Positions 41,223-50,590 of a stretch of DNA of 64,000 nucleotides are shown piece by piece; within the stretch, counting starts at the first letter, position 1, and the number at the start of each line of letters is the position of its first letter. Below the pieces are notes generated by a model. That model did not search any database. It was given only the letters and a program-made list of their open reading frames with translations, and was not told the origin of the DNA. Source of the stretch: Rhodoferax sp. (GTDB lineage Bacteria; Pseudomonadota; Gammaproteobacteria; Burkholderiales; Burkholderiaceae_C); contig JANNCN010000023.1 in assembly GCA_031386665.1 (NCBI GenBank), positions 10,572-74,571 on the forward strand, given 5' to 3'. Position numbers and translations under genes: made by a program.

Positions 41223-41249
41223 AAAAAAGAACCTGCAGGTTCTTTTTTT
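41223..41249. terminator. Bidirectional rho-independent terminator-like hairpin
   Basis: AAAAAAGAACC TGCA GGTTCTTTTTTT, with A-run and T-run flanks. Confidence 0.65.
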
Positions 41250-41264
41250 CCAAAGGGTGCTGTA

Positions 41265-41333
41265 GGAACCCGTATTTTGAATCATTTAAGCCTCTAGCTC
41301 TCGAATAATATAGGTTTATTGCTATTAATAATA
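41265..41333 (-). repeat. AT-rich intergenic repeat, copy 4 (core only)
   Basis: Reverse complement AATGCTATATTATTAATAGCAATAAACCTATATTATTCGAGAGCTAGAGGCTTAAATGATTCAAA aligns with copies 2 and 3. Confidence 0.65.
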
Positions 41334-41352
41334 TAGCATTTTGAGGTTGATC

Positions 41353-41655
41353 ATGTTGTTGGCGGTGGTTGTCCTGAAAAGCCTGGTCGAAATCACCTTG
41401 ATGGTGATCTTCGGGCGTTTTGTATTGGGCCGTCTGATTGGCGTCCAACGCCAGAGCAATATCATTTGGCAGCTTTTGGACATTACTGCCAAGCCTGCGC
41501 TTCGGCTGACTCGCGCGCTCAGCCCTGGTTTTATTCTGGACTGCTACATTCCCTGGCTCGCAGCAAGCTGGCTGGCAGCCGTCTGGCTCATTGCCTTGAA
41601 GCTGAAAATCGGCATTTGCTTGCAAATCGGGCTTCTGGCCTGCAAAGTCAATTGA
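41353..41655 (+). CDS. Small integral membrane protein (YggT-like, tentative)
   Basis: Hydrophobic ~100-aa protein. GAGG lies 5 nt upstream of ATG 41353. Stop overlaps the TTG start of the DUF4212 gene. Confidence 0.45.
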   Translation: MLLAVVVLKSLVEITLMVIFGRFVLGRLIGVQRQSNIIWQLLDITAKPALRLTRALSPGFILDCYIPWLAASWLAAVWLIALKLKIGICLQIGLLACKVN

Positions 41656-41906
41656 ACCCCAAGCACCGCTCCTCGTGGAACAGAAACCTTTGGGTGATCA
41701 GCCTGCTGCTGGGTTTGTGGTTTGTTTTGAGCTTTGTGTTGATGTACTTTGCCCGCGAGCTGACCTTCAATTTTTTTGGGTGGCCGTTTTCGTTTTGGGT
41801 TGCTGGGCAAGGCGCACCGTTTGCGTACTGCCTCATCATCTTTTTTTATGCCCGGTACATGAATCGGCTGGATGCCGAACATGACCGCGCAGAGGCGGAG
41901 GCTTAG
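41652..41906 (+). CDS. DUF4212 small membrane subunit associated with sodium:solute symporters
   Basis: NLWVISLLLGLWFVLSFVLMYFARELTFNFFGWPFSFWVAGQGAPF..YARYMNRLD is the DUF4212 pattern. Only in-frame start near the domain is TTG 41652. Confidence 0.65.
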   Translation: MNPKHRSSWNRNLWVISLLLGLWFVLSFVLMYFARELTFNFFGWPFSFWVAGQGAPFAYCLIIFFYARYMNRLDAEHDRAEAEA

Positions 41907-43999
41907 TGCCCATTCTGGCCAATGAAAAGAGCTCTGATGCCGAGTTCGGCCGTGGGTTGAACCGGCTTTACACGCGGTACACCATTGGCCTGCTGATTTT
42001 CGTTCTGGCGGTTGCGCTGCTAGAGCGCGCAGGCCTGTCCCGAAACAGCATTGGCTACCTTTTTCTGGCAGCAACCGTGCTGCTGTACGCGGGTATCGGC
42101 ATGATGGGTCGCACCAGTGACCTCGATGAATACTATGTCGCTGGGCGGCGGGTGCCCGCCTTCTACAACGGCATGGCCACGGCTGCAGACTGGATGTCTG
42201 CGGCGTCGTTCATCAGCATGGCCGGAACCCTCTACCTGAGTGGATTTGCCGGGCTTGCCTTTGTGATGGGATGGACGGGTGGCTTTTGCCTGATTGCTCT
42301 GCTTTTGGCGCCGTACCTGCGCAAGTTTGCAGGGTTCACGATCCCCGATTTTCTGGGAGCTCGATATGACGGCAATTTGCCTCGCGTCATTGGTGCGCTA
42401 GGGGCTATTTTGTGTTCGTTTATTTACGTGGTCGCCCAAGTCTACGGAATCGGCTTGATCACCACGCGCTTGACGGGACTGGCCTTCGAAATGGGAATCG
42501 TCGCAGGCTTGGCCGGCATTCTTGTCTGCTCATTTCTGGGTGGCATGCGAGCCGTGACCTGGACACAAGTAGCCCAGTACATCGTGCTGATCGTGGCCTA
42601 CCTCATTCCGGTCATCTGGTTGTCCGTCAAGCACACGGGGTACCCGGTACCGCAATTGGTTTACGGTTACACGCTGGAACAGGTGGGGACCAAGGAAAAG
42701 CAGATTTTCAACAACTCCAAGGAGCTTGAGGTTCGTGAAATATTTAGAGCCCGCTCTGCAGAGGCTCGTGAAAAGCTCAAAGATGTCCCCGCCTCCATGG
42801 CCATCGACCGGGCGCAGGCCAAAAAGCGGGTAGACGACATCAAAAGCTCATCTGCGTCGTTCACAGAGGTCAGGGCCGCTGAATCTGCATTGGTCGCCTT
42901 GCCGCGTGACGTGCCGTCTGCCAACGTGGCTTACACCGCCGCCCTGGTTGGCAATGCTGCTCGGGCAAACCCGCCCGTTCCCCACGCCCAGGCGTTTGTT
43001 GGTATCGACGAGGCTGCGCAAAGCGTTGCGCGCAAGAACTTTTTGGCCTTGATCTTTTGCCTGATGATTGGCACCGCTGCTTTGCCGCATATCCTCACGC
43101 GCTCTTACACCACACCGACCGTCCGCGCCGCGCGGGAGTCTGTGGGCTGGACAATATTTTTCATCTTTTTGTTGTATTTCACGGCCCCGGCCTTGGCGGT
43201 GCTCGCCAAATTTGAGATCTACACCGTGCTGGTGGATACGCCCTTTGATCGACTGCCTGAATGGATTGCCCGATGGAGCGCGGTCGACAAATCTCTGGTG
43301 TCCGCGGTTGATGTGAACAAAGACGGCATCTTGCAACTGGCCGAACTCACCTTGGGCGGTGACGTCATCATGCTGGCGGCCCCTGAGATCACGGGCTTGC
43401 CATACGTCGTGTCTGGCATGGTCGCGGCGGGTGGTTTGGCCGCTGCGCTGTCGACCGCTGACGGCCTGTTGCTCACCATTTCCAACGCGCTGTCCCACGA
43501 CATTTATTTCAAAGTTCTCAATCCAAAAGCGTCAAGTGCCAGTCGGGTCATCGCATCCAAAATGTTGCTGCTGGTCACGGCGTTGGTCGCCGCCTATGTT
43601 GCAGCTCAGCGGTCGGCAGATATCTTGTTCCTCGTGTCCGCTGCATTTTCGCTGGCTGCGGCAACCTTTTTCCCGGTGTTGACGTTGGGCATCTTCTGGA
43701 AGCGGGCAAACAAATGGGGCGCATCAGCCGGCATGGTGGCTGGCCTGGCGACAACGCTCTATTACATGTGTCAAACGCAACGGTGGCTCTTTTCTTTAAC
43801 CCATTCGGAGTTACCCACGCCAGAGCTGCTCAGGGCGAATATTTGGTGGGACATTGAGCCAATTTCTGCAGGACTTTTTGGCGTGCCCGTCGCCTTTGTT
43901 GTGATCATCGTGGTTTCGCTCTTCACACGGCCACCGCCTCAGCACGTGGTCGAACTGGTTGAATTTCTGCGCTCACCTGGCAATCGATCGCTCCGATAA
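41906..43999 (+). CDS. Sodium:solute symporter family transporter (DUF4212-partnered subfamily)
   Basis: SSS-family polytopic protein with a long cytoplasmic insert. GTG 41906 follows GGAGG and overlaps the TAG of the DUF4212 gene. Confidence 0.85.
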   Translation: MPILANEKSSDAEFGRGLNRLYTRYTIGLLIFVLAVALLERAGLSRNSIGYLFLAATVLLYAGIGMMGRTSDLDEYYVAGRRVPAFYNGMATAADWMSAASFISMAGTLYLSGFAGLAFVMGWTGGFCLIALLLAPYLRKFAGFTIPDFLGARYDGNLPRVIGALGAILCSFIYVVAQVYGIGLITTRLTGLAFEMGIVAGLAGILVCSFLGGMRAVTWTQVAQYIVLIVAYLIPVIWLSVKHTGYPVPQLVYGYTLEQVGTKEKQIFNNSKELEVREIFRARSAEAREKLKDVPASMAIDRAQAKKRVDDIKSSSASFTEVRAAESALVALPRDVPSANVAYTAALVGNAARANPPVPHAQAFVGIDEAAQSVARKNFLALIFCLMIGTAALPHILTRSYTTPTVRAARESVGWTIFFIFLLYFTAPALAVLAKFEIYTVLVDTPFDRLPEWIARWSAVDKSLVSAVDVNKDGILQLAELTLGGDVIMLAAPEITGLPYVVSGMVAAGGLAAALSTADGLLLTISNALSHDIYFKVLNPKASSASRVIASKMLLLVTALVAAYVAAQRSADILFLVSAAFSLAAATFFPVLTLGIFWKRANKWGASAGMVAGLATTLYYMCQTQRWLFSLTHSELPTPELLRANIWWDIEPISAGLFGVPVAFVVIIVVSLFTRPPPQHVVELVEFLRSPGNRSLR

Positions 44000-44048
44000 G
44001 CCTGCGCGATTTATTGAACGGGCTATCGGGCGGCCTTCGTGGAAAATC

Positions 44049-44107
44049 GTCAGTTAGCTGTCAGGTATCTGTCAGTTGCTGTTGGTTTCGTGTCAGAGCT
44101 TGGTCAG
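44049..44107 (+). promoter_or_regulatory. Phased GTCAG repeats including a Pho-box-like CTGTCAG-GTAT-CTGTCAG
   Basis: GTCAG at 44049, 44060, 44071, 44092 and 44103 (spacings 11, 11, 21, 11), upstream of the MFS gene. Confidence 0.3.
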
Positions 44108-44172
44108 TGCGGTGCCCAACAATGCAGCAGCCCCAAAGCCTTGAGGGCCTTTATACATTTGGAGACAACACT

Positions 44173-45828
44173 ATGGCAACAACGGCTATCGACAAGCCCA
44201 TGTCGCAGACCGACAAGACGGTGATTTTCGCGTCTTCCCTCGGCACGATATTTGAGTGGTACGACTTCTATCTCTTTGGCGTGATGTCCGCCATCATCGC
44301 CGCCAACTTTTTCTCTGCGCTTGACGAAAGCACCCGCAACATCTTCGTGTTGCTGGCGTTTGCGGCTGGTTTTGCGGTTCGTCCCTTTGGCGCTTTGGTG
44401 TTCGGTCGCCTGGGCGACATGATTGGTCGCAAATACACGTTCCTGATCACCATTGTGATCATGGGCTTGGCAACCTTCCTGGTGGCGTTTTTACCCACCT
44501 ACAAATCGGCGGGCATCATTGCTCCCATCATGCTGATTGCGCTACGCATGTTCCAAGGTTTGGCTTTGGGCGGCGAGTACGGTGGTGCAGCCACCTACGT
44601 GGCAGAGCATGCGCCTCATGGCAAACGCGGTTTCTACACTTCGTGGATTCAAACCACAGCCACGGTCGGATTGATGCTGGCCTTGATGGTGATCCTTGGC
44701 GTTCGCACGTACTTTGGCGAAAAAGAGTTTGCTGAGTGGGCCTGGCGCGTTCCCTATGCACTGTCGGGCATTTTGTTGATCGTATCGATCTGGATTCGCC
44801 TGAAATTGAACGAGTCCCCTGCGTTTGCCAAAATGAAGGCCGAAGGCAAGACTTCCAAGTCACCCCTGTCAGAGTCATTTGGTCAGTGGAAAAACCTCAA
44901 GATCGTGATCTTGGCCCTGATCGGCCTGACTGCTGGTCAAGCAGTGGTTTGGTATACAGGTCAGTTCTATGCCTTGTTCTTCTTGCAAACCTTCCTGAAG
45001 GTTGACGGCCCAACAGCCAACGTGTTGATCGCTGTGTCCTTGATCATCGGCACGCCTTTCTTCATCTTCTTTGGTTCGCTGTCTGACAAGATTGGTCGCA
45101 AGCCCATCATCATGGCGGGTTGCTTGTTGGCCTTGGCGACCTACTTCCCGCTGTTCAACGCGTTGACGACTTATGCCAATCCCAAGTTGCAGGCAGCAAT
45201 CCAAAAATCTCCTGTCACTGTGGAGTCTGATGCGGCCAACTGCGGACTGATCCTGAATTTGACAGGTACCGCCAAGTTCACCAATGCCTGTGACCTGGCC
45301 CGGGTTTACCTCTCCAACGCAGGTATCAACTACGACAGCGTGACAAAACCAGGCGCTGTTGCCACCGTGAAGGTAGGCGACAAGGCCATTGCCAGCTACG
45401 ATGCCAAGGCACCCACGGCCAAGGAAGACAAAGCCCGGTTCGAGAAGGAAGTGCGTGAAGCGCTCAACACGGCGGGCTACCCTGCCAAGGCAGATCCAAT
45501 TCCGCTGGGATCCAGCAATTGGCTGATGTTGGTGGCGATTTTGACCATCCTCGTGATTTACGTGACGATGGTGTACGGGCCAATCGCAGCCATGCTGGTT
45601 GAAATGTTCCCAACCCGAATCCGCTACACATCGATGAGCTTGCCTTACCACATTGGCAACGGCTGGTTTGGCGGTTTCCTGCCAGCCATTTCGTTCTCAA
45701 TCGTTGCTGCGCAAGGTAACATTTACAGCGGTCTTTGGTACCCCATCATCATTGCAGCCATGACATTCGTTATCGGCGTGATCTTTGTCAAGGAAACCAA
45801 AGACGTTGACATTTACGCTAAGGATTAA
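44173..45828 (+). CDS. MFS transporter, metabolite:H+ symporter (MHS) family with large central loop
   Basis: FEWYDFYLFG and GRLGDMIGRK MHS motifs. GGAGA RBS before ATG 44173. Confidence 0.9.
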   Translation: MATTAIDKPMSQTDKTVIFASSLGTIFEWYDFYLFGVMSAIIAANFFSALDESTRNIFVLLAFAAGFAVRPFGALVFGRLGDMIGRKYTFLITIVIMGLATFLVAFLPTYKSAGIIAPIMLIALRMFQGLALGGEYGGAATYVAEHAPHGKRGFYTSWIQTTATVGLMLALMVILGVRTYFGEKEFAEWAWRVPYALSGILLIVSIWIRLKLNESPAFAKMKAEGKTSKSPLSESFGQWKNLKIVILALIGLTAGQAVVWYTGQFYALFFLQTFLKVDGPTANVLIAVSLIIGTPFFIFFGSLSDKIGRKPIIMAGCLLALATYFPLFNALTTYANPKLQAAIQKSPVTVESDAANCGLILNLTGTAKFTNACDLARVYLSNAGINYDSVTKPGAVATVKVGDKAIASYDAKAPTAKEDKARFEKEVREALNTAGYPAKADPIPLGSSNWLMLVAILTILVIYVTMVYGPIAAMLVEMFPTRIRYTSMSLPYHIGNGWFGGFLPAISFSIVAAQGNIYSGLWYPIIIAAMTFVIGVIFVKETKDVDIYAKD

Positions 45829-45847
45829 TCCTAGGCTTGTTGACACG

Positions 45848-45872
45848 AAGGCCCCTCCTGGGGCCTTTTTTT
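45848..45872 (+). terminator. Rho-independent terminator
   Basis: AAGGCCCC TCCT GGGGCCTT followed by a T-run. Confidence 0.7.
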
Positions 45873-45888
45873 ATGATCGGAGATGGAC

Positions 45889-46044
45889 ATGTGGAAAATT
45901 GCAATCGGATTCGTATTGTTTGCAGCGGTGGCCTTGTGGATGCTAAGCAAGGGCGGTGACGTTGACATGGGTGGCGAGAAACACGGTGCGGACATCTTGC
46001 ATGCACCCGCGCCCGTGCCTGCGCAGGCGGCGTCAAAACCCTGA
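45889..46044 (+). CDS. Small (51 aa) single-TM protein, hypothetical
   Basis: Below the ORF-track cutoff. GGAG lies 6 nt upstream of ATG. MWKIAIGFVLFAAVALWMLSKGG... has one TM helix. Confidence 0.35.
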   Translation: MWKIAIGFVLFAAVALWMLSKGGDVDMGGEKHGADILHAPAPVPAQAASKP

Positions 46045-46125
46045 TTTATCCGTCGGGGCCCCACTTTGGGGCGCTTTAAGGGATTAGTGGTTGCTTTTCT
46101 TGGGGGCCAAGCCCTAGAATTGGGG

Positions 46126-46644
46126 ATGGCATATTCCAAAACAGGCAAGGGAAGCGTAGCTTTCAAAGAGCGGTCAGAGGCGTTGTCTAATCGCCAAAGA
46201 TCGCTTTTTCTACTTTTTGACGGGGTCAAAACGGTCGAACAGGTGTTGAGCATCACCAAGCCTTTGAATATCACGCAGACTGATATTGATCATTTGATCG
46301 CCTGCGAATTCATTCGCGATGCTGACCCGATTGGCACGGCTTTGGTGGCAACACCCCCCGCTACTGAGTTATCAGCCGTGGCAGCGGCACCTGTCACCAG
46401 CGGTACGCCAATTGCTCCAGTCAGTTCGGTTGTCGTATCTTCGAAGTCGCATCAAGAACGCTTTGCCGAAGCTTGGCCTTTGGCGACTCAGTTGACCGCT
46501 GGTATGGGCTTGCGAGGATTTCGCCTGAATTTGTCGATAGAAGCGGCCAGTGGCTATGACGATTTGTTGGCTTTGTTTCCGAAAATCCAGGCTGCTGTGG
46601 GCGCAGAAAAGTGCAAAGCATTGGAAAAGGCGCTCAAGTTCTAA
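46126..46644 (+). CDS. Hypothetical protein, paralogue A of a convergent pair
   Basis: KTGKGSVAFKERSEALSNRQRSLFLLFDG... N-domain, P/A/T/V linker, helical C-domain. Same layout as 46713..47219. Confidence 0.55.
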   Translation: MAYSKTGKGSVAFKERSEALSNRQRSLFLLFDGVKTVEQVLSITKPLNITQTDIDHLIACEFIRDADPIGTALVATPPATELSAVAAAPVTSGTPIAPVSSVVVSSKSHQERFAEAWPLATQLTAGMGLRGFRLNLSIEAASGYDDLLALFPKIQAAVGAEKCKALEKALKF

Positions 46645-46712
46645 TGGCCACACCTTCAATCTGCCAAATTGCCACATCAAAAATTGGCCTAACAACCCTA
46701 TAAACAATCGGC

Positions 46713-47219
46713 CTAACGCCCGAGGGCAGCGACTTCAAAAAGTTGAGACCTGGCAATCCAGCCAGAAGCAGCCAGGCGGGTTTTGATTTCATGCACGGTG
46801 GCCTCAAATTCAGTCAGGCTTTCGCAGCTTTCAAGCTGTTGGCGATACGGTTCGCTTGCTGAACCCATCCAGCCGTCCAGAAAATTGGTCGCCGCGTTGA
46901 TTGAGTCTGTCAACACCTCCCTATTGGTTTGAATGAGCACTGCCACCACAGGAGCAGTCGGGCTGGGAGCAATGCCATGGGTAGCCAAGGGTGCACCATC
47001 GACAATCTCGGCGAACCCAGCTGCGATCAATTCAACCAACAAAAGCAAGCTCTCGTCGGCGTTTGGGCTGAATGCTGCAAGCTCTGAGGCCTTGCGGTTC
47101 CCGTCAATCAGAATAAGCAGGGTTCTCGCCCGGGCTGAAAGCGCCTTGTCTCTTGTTTTGAGGGCCAGCGCCCCTGCGCTGGTTTTGCGAAGTCGGTGGC
47201 TCTGGCTTAGTTGGGGCAT
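46713..47219 (-). CDS. Hypothetical protein, paralogue B of a convergent pair
   Basis: KTSAGALALKTRDKALSARARTLLILIDG... aligns with paralogue A. Confidence 0.55.
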   Translation of the reverse strand: MPQLSQSHRLRKTSAGALALKTRDKALSARARTLLILIDGNRKASELAAFSPNADESLLLLVELIAAGFAEIVDGAPLATHGIAPSPTAPVVAVLIQTNREVLTDSINAATNFLDGWMGSASEPYRQQLESCESLTEFEATVHEIKTRLAASGWIARSQLFEVAALGR

Positions 47220-47470
47220 TGAATTTCCAGCTTTAACGGCAATACAGTCGCCAACCGCAAAGCGCCTCTACCGGCTGCCAAAGCACAGTTCTCTCTGAAA
47301 ATCGACGACTCAAAAAAGTTCTCCTATTTGAATTTGACATTCGAGAAGGCCAGGTGCCCAAAAGAACTTGGGTGGCGTTGGAATTGATCGCAGAACCTCC
47401 AACTTGAACCGATCGCTGTCTAGAATGTTAGTCCTTTGCCCGATCCGTATCAACCCCAGTAAGTAATTTC

Positions 47471-50400
47471 ATGCCTCAGGGAATCATTCGAATTCGCGGT
47501 GCCCGTCAGCACAACCTAAAAAACCTCGATCTGGACATCCGCACGGGCGAATTGACCGTGGTGACAGGGCCCAGTGGTTCCGGCAAGTCAAGCCTGGTGT
47601 TCGACACGCTTTTCGCCGAAGGCCAAAGGCGCTACGTCGAAACTTTCTCGGCTTACGCGCGGCAGTTTTTAGACCGGATGGACAAACCCGCGGTGGATCG
47701 CGTGGATGGGGTGCCGCCCGCGATTGCGATTGACCAAACCAACCCGGTTCGATCGTCACGCTCGACGGTCGGCACCATGACCGAGTTGAACGACCACCTG
47801 AAGCTGCTATTCGCCCGCGCCGCACACTTGTTTGACCGAGACACCGCACGGCCAGTGTGCCACGACACGCCAGAGAGCATTTATGCCGAGTTGCAGGCTC
47901 GGTCTGCCAGCAATTCGGAGATGCGCCTTGCCATCACCTTTTCAGTCGAGTTGCCCGCCAGCGCAACGGCTGAAGAGGTTGAGCAATGGCTGTCGGTGAG
48001 TGGCTTCACGAAGGTTCAAGCGCAACGTGAGGTGGCGTCTGTCACTGGACCACGCAAAGTGATTGACGTGGTGGCCGACCGGTTTCGTTTGAGCGGCGTG
48101 GAGCGCGGTCGCGCGATTGAAGCCATTGAAGTCGCACTAAAGCACGGCAGCGGAAGGCTGTCTGTGTATGCGCTGGGCAGTGGCACTGATGCCACGTCTG
48201 ACATCTGGCGTTTTTCGACAGGCTTGCACTGCGCCGATAGCGACATTCGCTACACCGATCCCATTGCGTCCATGTTCTCGTTCAATTCTGCCGTGGGAGC
48301 CTGCGAAACCTGCCGGGGCTTTGGTCGAGTGATCGGTGTGGACTATGGCTTGGTCATTCCCAATGACAAGTTGACCTTGCGCGCCGGGGCGATCAAGCCC
48401 ATGCAAACTCCGGCCTGGAAAGAATGCCAAGGCGACCTGATGCGCCATGCGGAAAGCGCTGGCATTCCACGCGACACCGCCTGGAACAAGCTCACGCCCG
48501 AGCACCAACGCTGGGTTATCAACGGCTCGCCCAATTGGAATGGCAAGTGGAACCAGCACTGGTTTGGTATCAAACGTTTCTTTGAATACCTGGAAACTAA
48601 GGCCTACAAAATGCACATTCGCGTGCTGCTGTCCAAGTACCGCAGTTACACGCCGTGCGGCACTTGCGGCGGCGCTCGACTGAAGACGGACAGCCTGTTG
48701 TGGCGCTTGGGCAGCAAGGCCGAAGCCGACAGTGTTTTGGCCGCGAACCTTCGCCAATTGCCCCAGGGTGCCAAGTGGAGCCGCGAGCAACTGGAAGTCC
48801 TGCCAGGTCTGAATTTACACGATTTGATGCTGCTGCCCATTGATCGCCTCAGGCGGTTTTTTAGCGCCATGCAGACACAGCAAACAGATTTGACCCTGGG
48901 TGCAAAATCGAATTCAGAAAAGCCAAGTCAGGGCGAAGCGCAGGCGCTGAAACTGCTGTTTGAAGAAATCACGACGCGGCTCAAATACCTGTGCGATGTG
49001 GGCATTGGCTACCTGACGCTGGATCGCCAAAGCCGCACGCTCTCAGGCGGCGAAGTGCAACGGATCAATCTGACCACGGCGCTCGGTACCTCTTTGGTCA
49101 ACACGCTCTTCGTGCTGGATGAGCCCAGTATCGGTTTGCACCCGCGCGACATGCACCGCATTATTGAGGCCATGCATCGCTTGCGCAACGCAGGCAACAC
49201 GCTGGTGGTGGTGGAACACGACCCAGCGGTCATGTTGGCGGCAGATCGCATGATTGACATGGGGCCTGGGCCCGGCGAGCGCGGTGGGCAAATTGTGTTT
49301 GACGGCACGACGCAAGACCTGCGACAAGCCAACACCCTCACGGGGGTCTACTTGGGCGGACGCAAGCATGTTGGCCTGGGCTTCAAACGCCTAGTGGCTG
49401 ACAACACACCGCGTTTGATTTTGGAGAAGGCGTCTGACCACAATTTGAAGAACGTTACCGTCGAATTCCCATTGCAGCGGCTGGTGTGCGTCACGGGCGT
49501 CAGCGGTTCAGGCAAGTCAACGCTGATTCAAGACGTGCTGGCCCCCGCTTTGTTGCGCCACTTTGGCAAAGCCACAGAAACCCCGGGCGCGCATGAGCGG
49601 CTGCTGGGCGCGGACCATCTGAGTGAAGTGGTGTTTGTCGATCAGTCGCCGATTGGCAAAACTGCACGCTCCAACCCGGCAAGCTACGTCGGCGCTTGGG
49701 ATGCGATTCGAGAGATTTTTGCGAACGCTTACTTGGCTCGCCAGCGAAGCTACACCGCCAGCAAGTTCAGCTTTAACAGTGGCGATGGGCGCTGCCCGAC
49801 CTGCGGCGGCTCGGGCTTTGAGCACGTCGAAATGCAATTTTTAAGCGACGTTTACCTGCGCTGCCCAGACTGCGATGGCAAACGCTACCGGCCAGAGATT
49901 TTGGAAGTCATGATTGAGCGGCGCTCGGCGTTGGACGCGCGGCTGATCAGCCTGAACGTGGCTGACGTGCTGAACCTGACCGTGAGCGAAGCCGCACTGG
50001 TTTTCGAAAAAGACCGTGACGTGATTCGCGCCTTGCAGCCCATCGTTGATGTTGGCTTGGAGTACGTCAAATTGGGCCAACCCGTTCCCACGCTGTCGGG
50101 CGGGGAAGCCCAGCGTCTCAAACTGGCCGGGTTTCTGGCCGAGGCAGCCAAATCGTCAAGCGCCAGCCGCCAGGGCGTGGGGCGTCGGGGGACCTTGTTC
50201 ATGTTTGATGAGCCCACCACCGGCCTGCACTTTGACGACATCGCCAAACTGATGCGGGCCATGCGCAAACTACTGGATGCGGGCAATTCCTTGATCGTGA
50301 TTGAACACAACCTGGATGTGATTCGCGCCAGTGATTGGTTGATTGACCTGGGGCCAGAAGGCGGGGATGCAGGTGGTGAAATCGTGGCGGTGGGCACGCC

Positions 50401-50590
50401 TGACGACGTGAAGCTGCATTTGACGTCGCACACGGGCCGAGCGCTGCGCGACTATGAGCAGGCGCTGGGGGCGGGGTCGCACCAGGCGCAGGAACACGGA
50501 GTGAATTGGCAACTGGGTCAGGGGTTGAAATTGGGGTCAGATCGCAATTTTTCTGCGCAGCACCCGCAGGGTCGTCAAAAGGACGAGTAA
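47471..50590 (+). CDS. uvrA: UvrA-like ABC ATPase, module 1 of a tandem UvrA-UvrA frame (ends at TAA 50588-50590)
   Basis: IRIRGARQHNLKNL, two Walker A motifs (GPSGSGKSS, GVSGSGKST), two LSGGE(V/A)QR signatures, Cys clusters CETCRGFG / CGTCGGARL and CPTCGGSG / CPDCDGKRY. Confidence 0.85.
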   Translation: MPQGIIRIRGARQHNLKNLDLDIRTGELTVVTGPSGSGKSSLVFDTLFAEGQRRYVETFSAYARQFLDRMDKPAVDRVDGVPPAIAIDQTNPVRSSRSTVGTMTELNDHLKLLFARAAHLFDRDTARPVCHDTPESIYAELQARSASNSEMRLAITFSVELPASATAEEVEQWLSVSGFTKVQAQREVASVTGPRKVIDVVADRFRLSGVERGRAIEAIEVALKHGSGRLSVYALGSGTDATSDIWRFSTGLHCADSDIRYTDPIASMFSFNSAVGACETCRGFGRVIGVDYGLVIPNDKLTLRAGAIKPMQTPAWKECQGDLMRHAESAGIPRDTAWNKLTPEHQRWVINGSPNWNGKWNQHWFGIKRFFEYLETKAYKMHIRVLLSKYRSYTPCGTCGGARLKTDSLLWRLGSKAEADSVLAANLRQLPQGAKWSREQLEVLPGLNLHDLMLLPIDRLRRFFSAMQTQQTDLTLGAKSNSEKPSQGEAQALKLLFEEITTRLKYLCDVGIGYLTLDRQSRTLSGGEVQRINLTTALGTSLVNTLFVLDEPSIGLHPRDMHRIIEAMHRLRNAGNTLVVVEHDPAVMLAADRMIDMGPGPGERGGQIVFDGTTQDLRQANTLTGVYLGGRKHVGLGFKRLVADNTPRLILEKASDHNLKNVTVEFPLQRLVCVTGVSGSGKSTLIQDVLAPALLRHFGKATETPGAHERLLGADHLSEVVFVDQSPIGKTARSNPASYVGAWDAIREIFANAYLARQRSYTASKFSFNSGDGRCPTCGGSGFEHVEMQFLSDVYLRCPDCDGKRYRPEILEVMIERRSALDARLISLNVADVLNLTVSEAALVFEKDRDVIRALQPIVDVGLEYVKLGQPVPTLSGGEAQRLKLAGFLAEAAKSSSASRQGVGRRGTLFMFDEPTTGLHFDDIAKLMRAMRKLLDAGNSLIVIEHNLDVIRASDWLIDLGPEGGDAGGEIVAVGTPDDVKLHLTSHTGRALRDYEQALGAGSHQAQEHGVNWQLGQGLKLGSDRNFSAQHPQGRQKDE

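Noticed and set aside
46645-46712. Possible sixth full copy of the AT-rich repeat between the convergent paralogues
   Set aside because: Only the distal-module words (CCAAATTGCCACAT, AAAAATTGGCC, AATCGGCC) are present and the core is absent. It is treated as a fragment and mentioned under the family finding only.
47220-47470. Looked for an SOS (LexA) box CTGT-N8-ACAG upstream of the UvrA-like gene
   Set aside because: The only candidate is CTGTCTAGAATGTTAG, which lacks the ACAG half-site. No LexA operator can be claimed.
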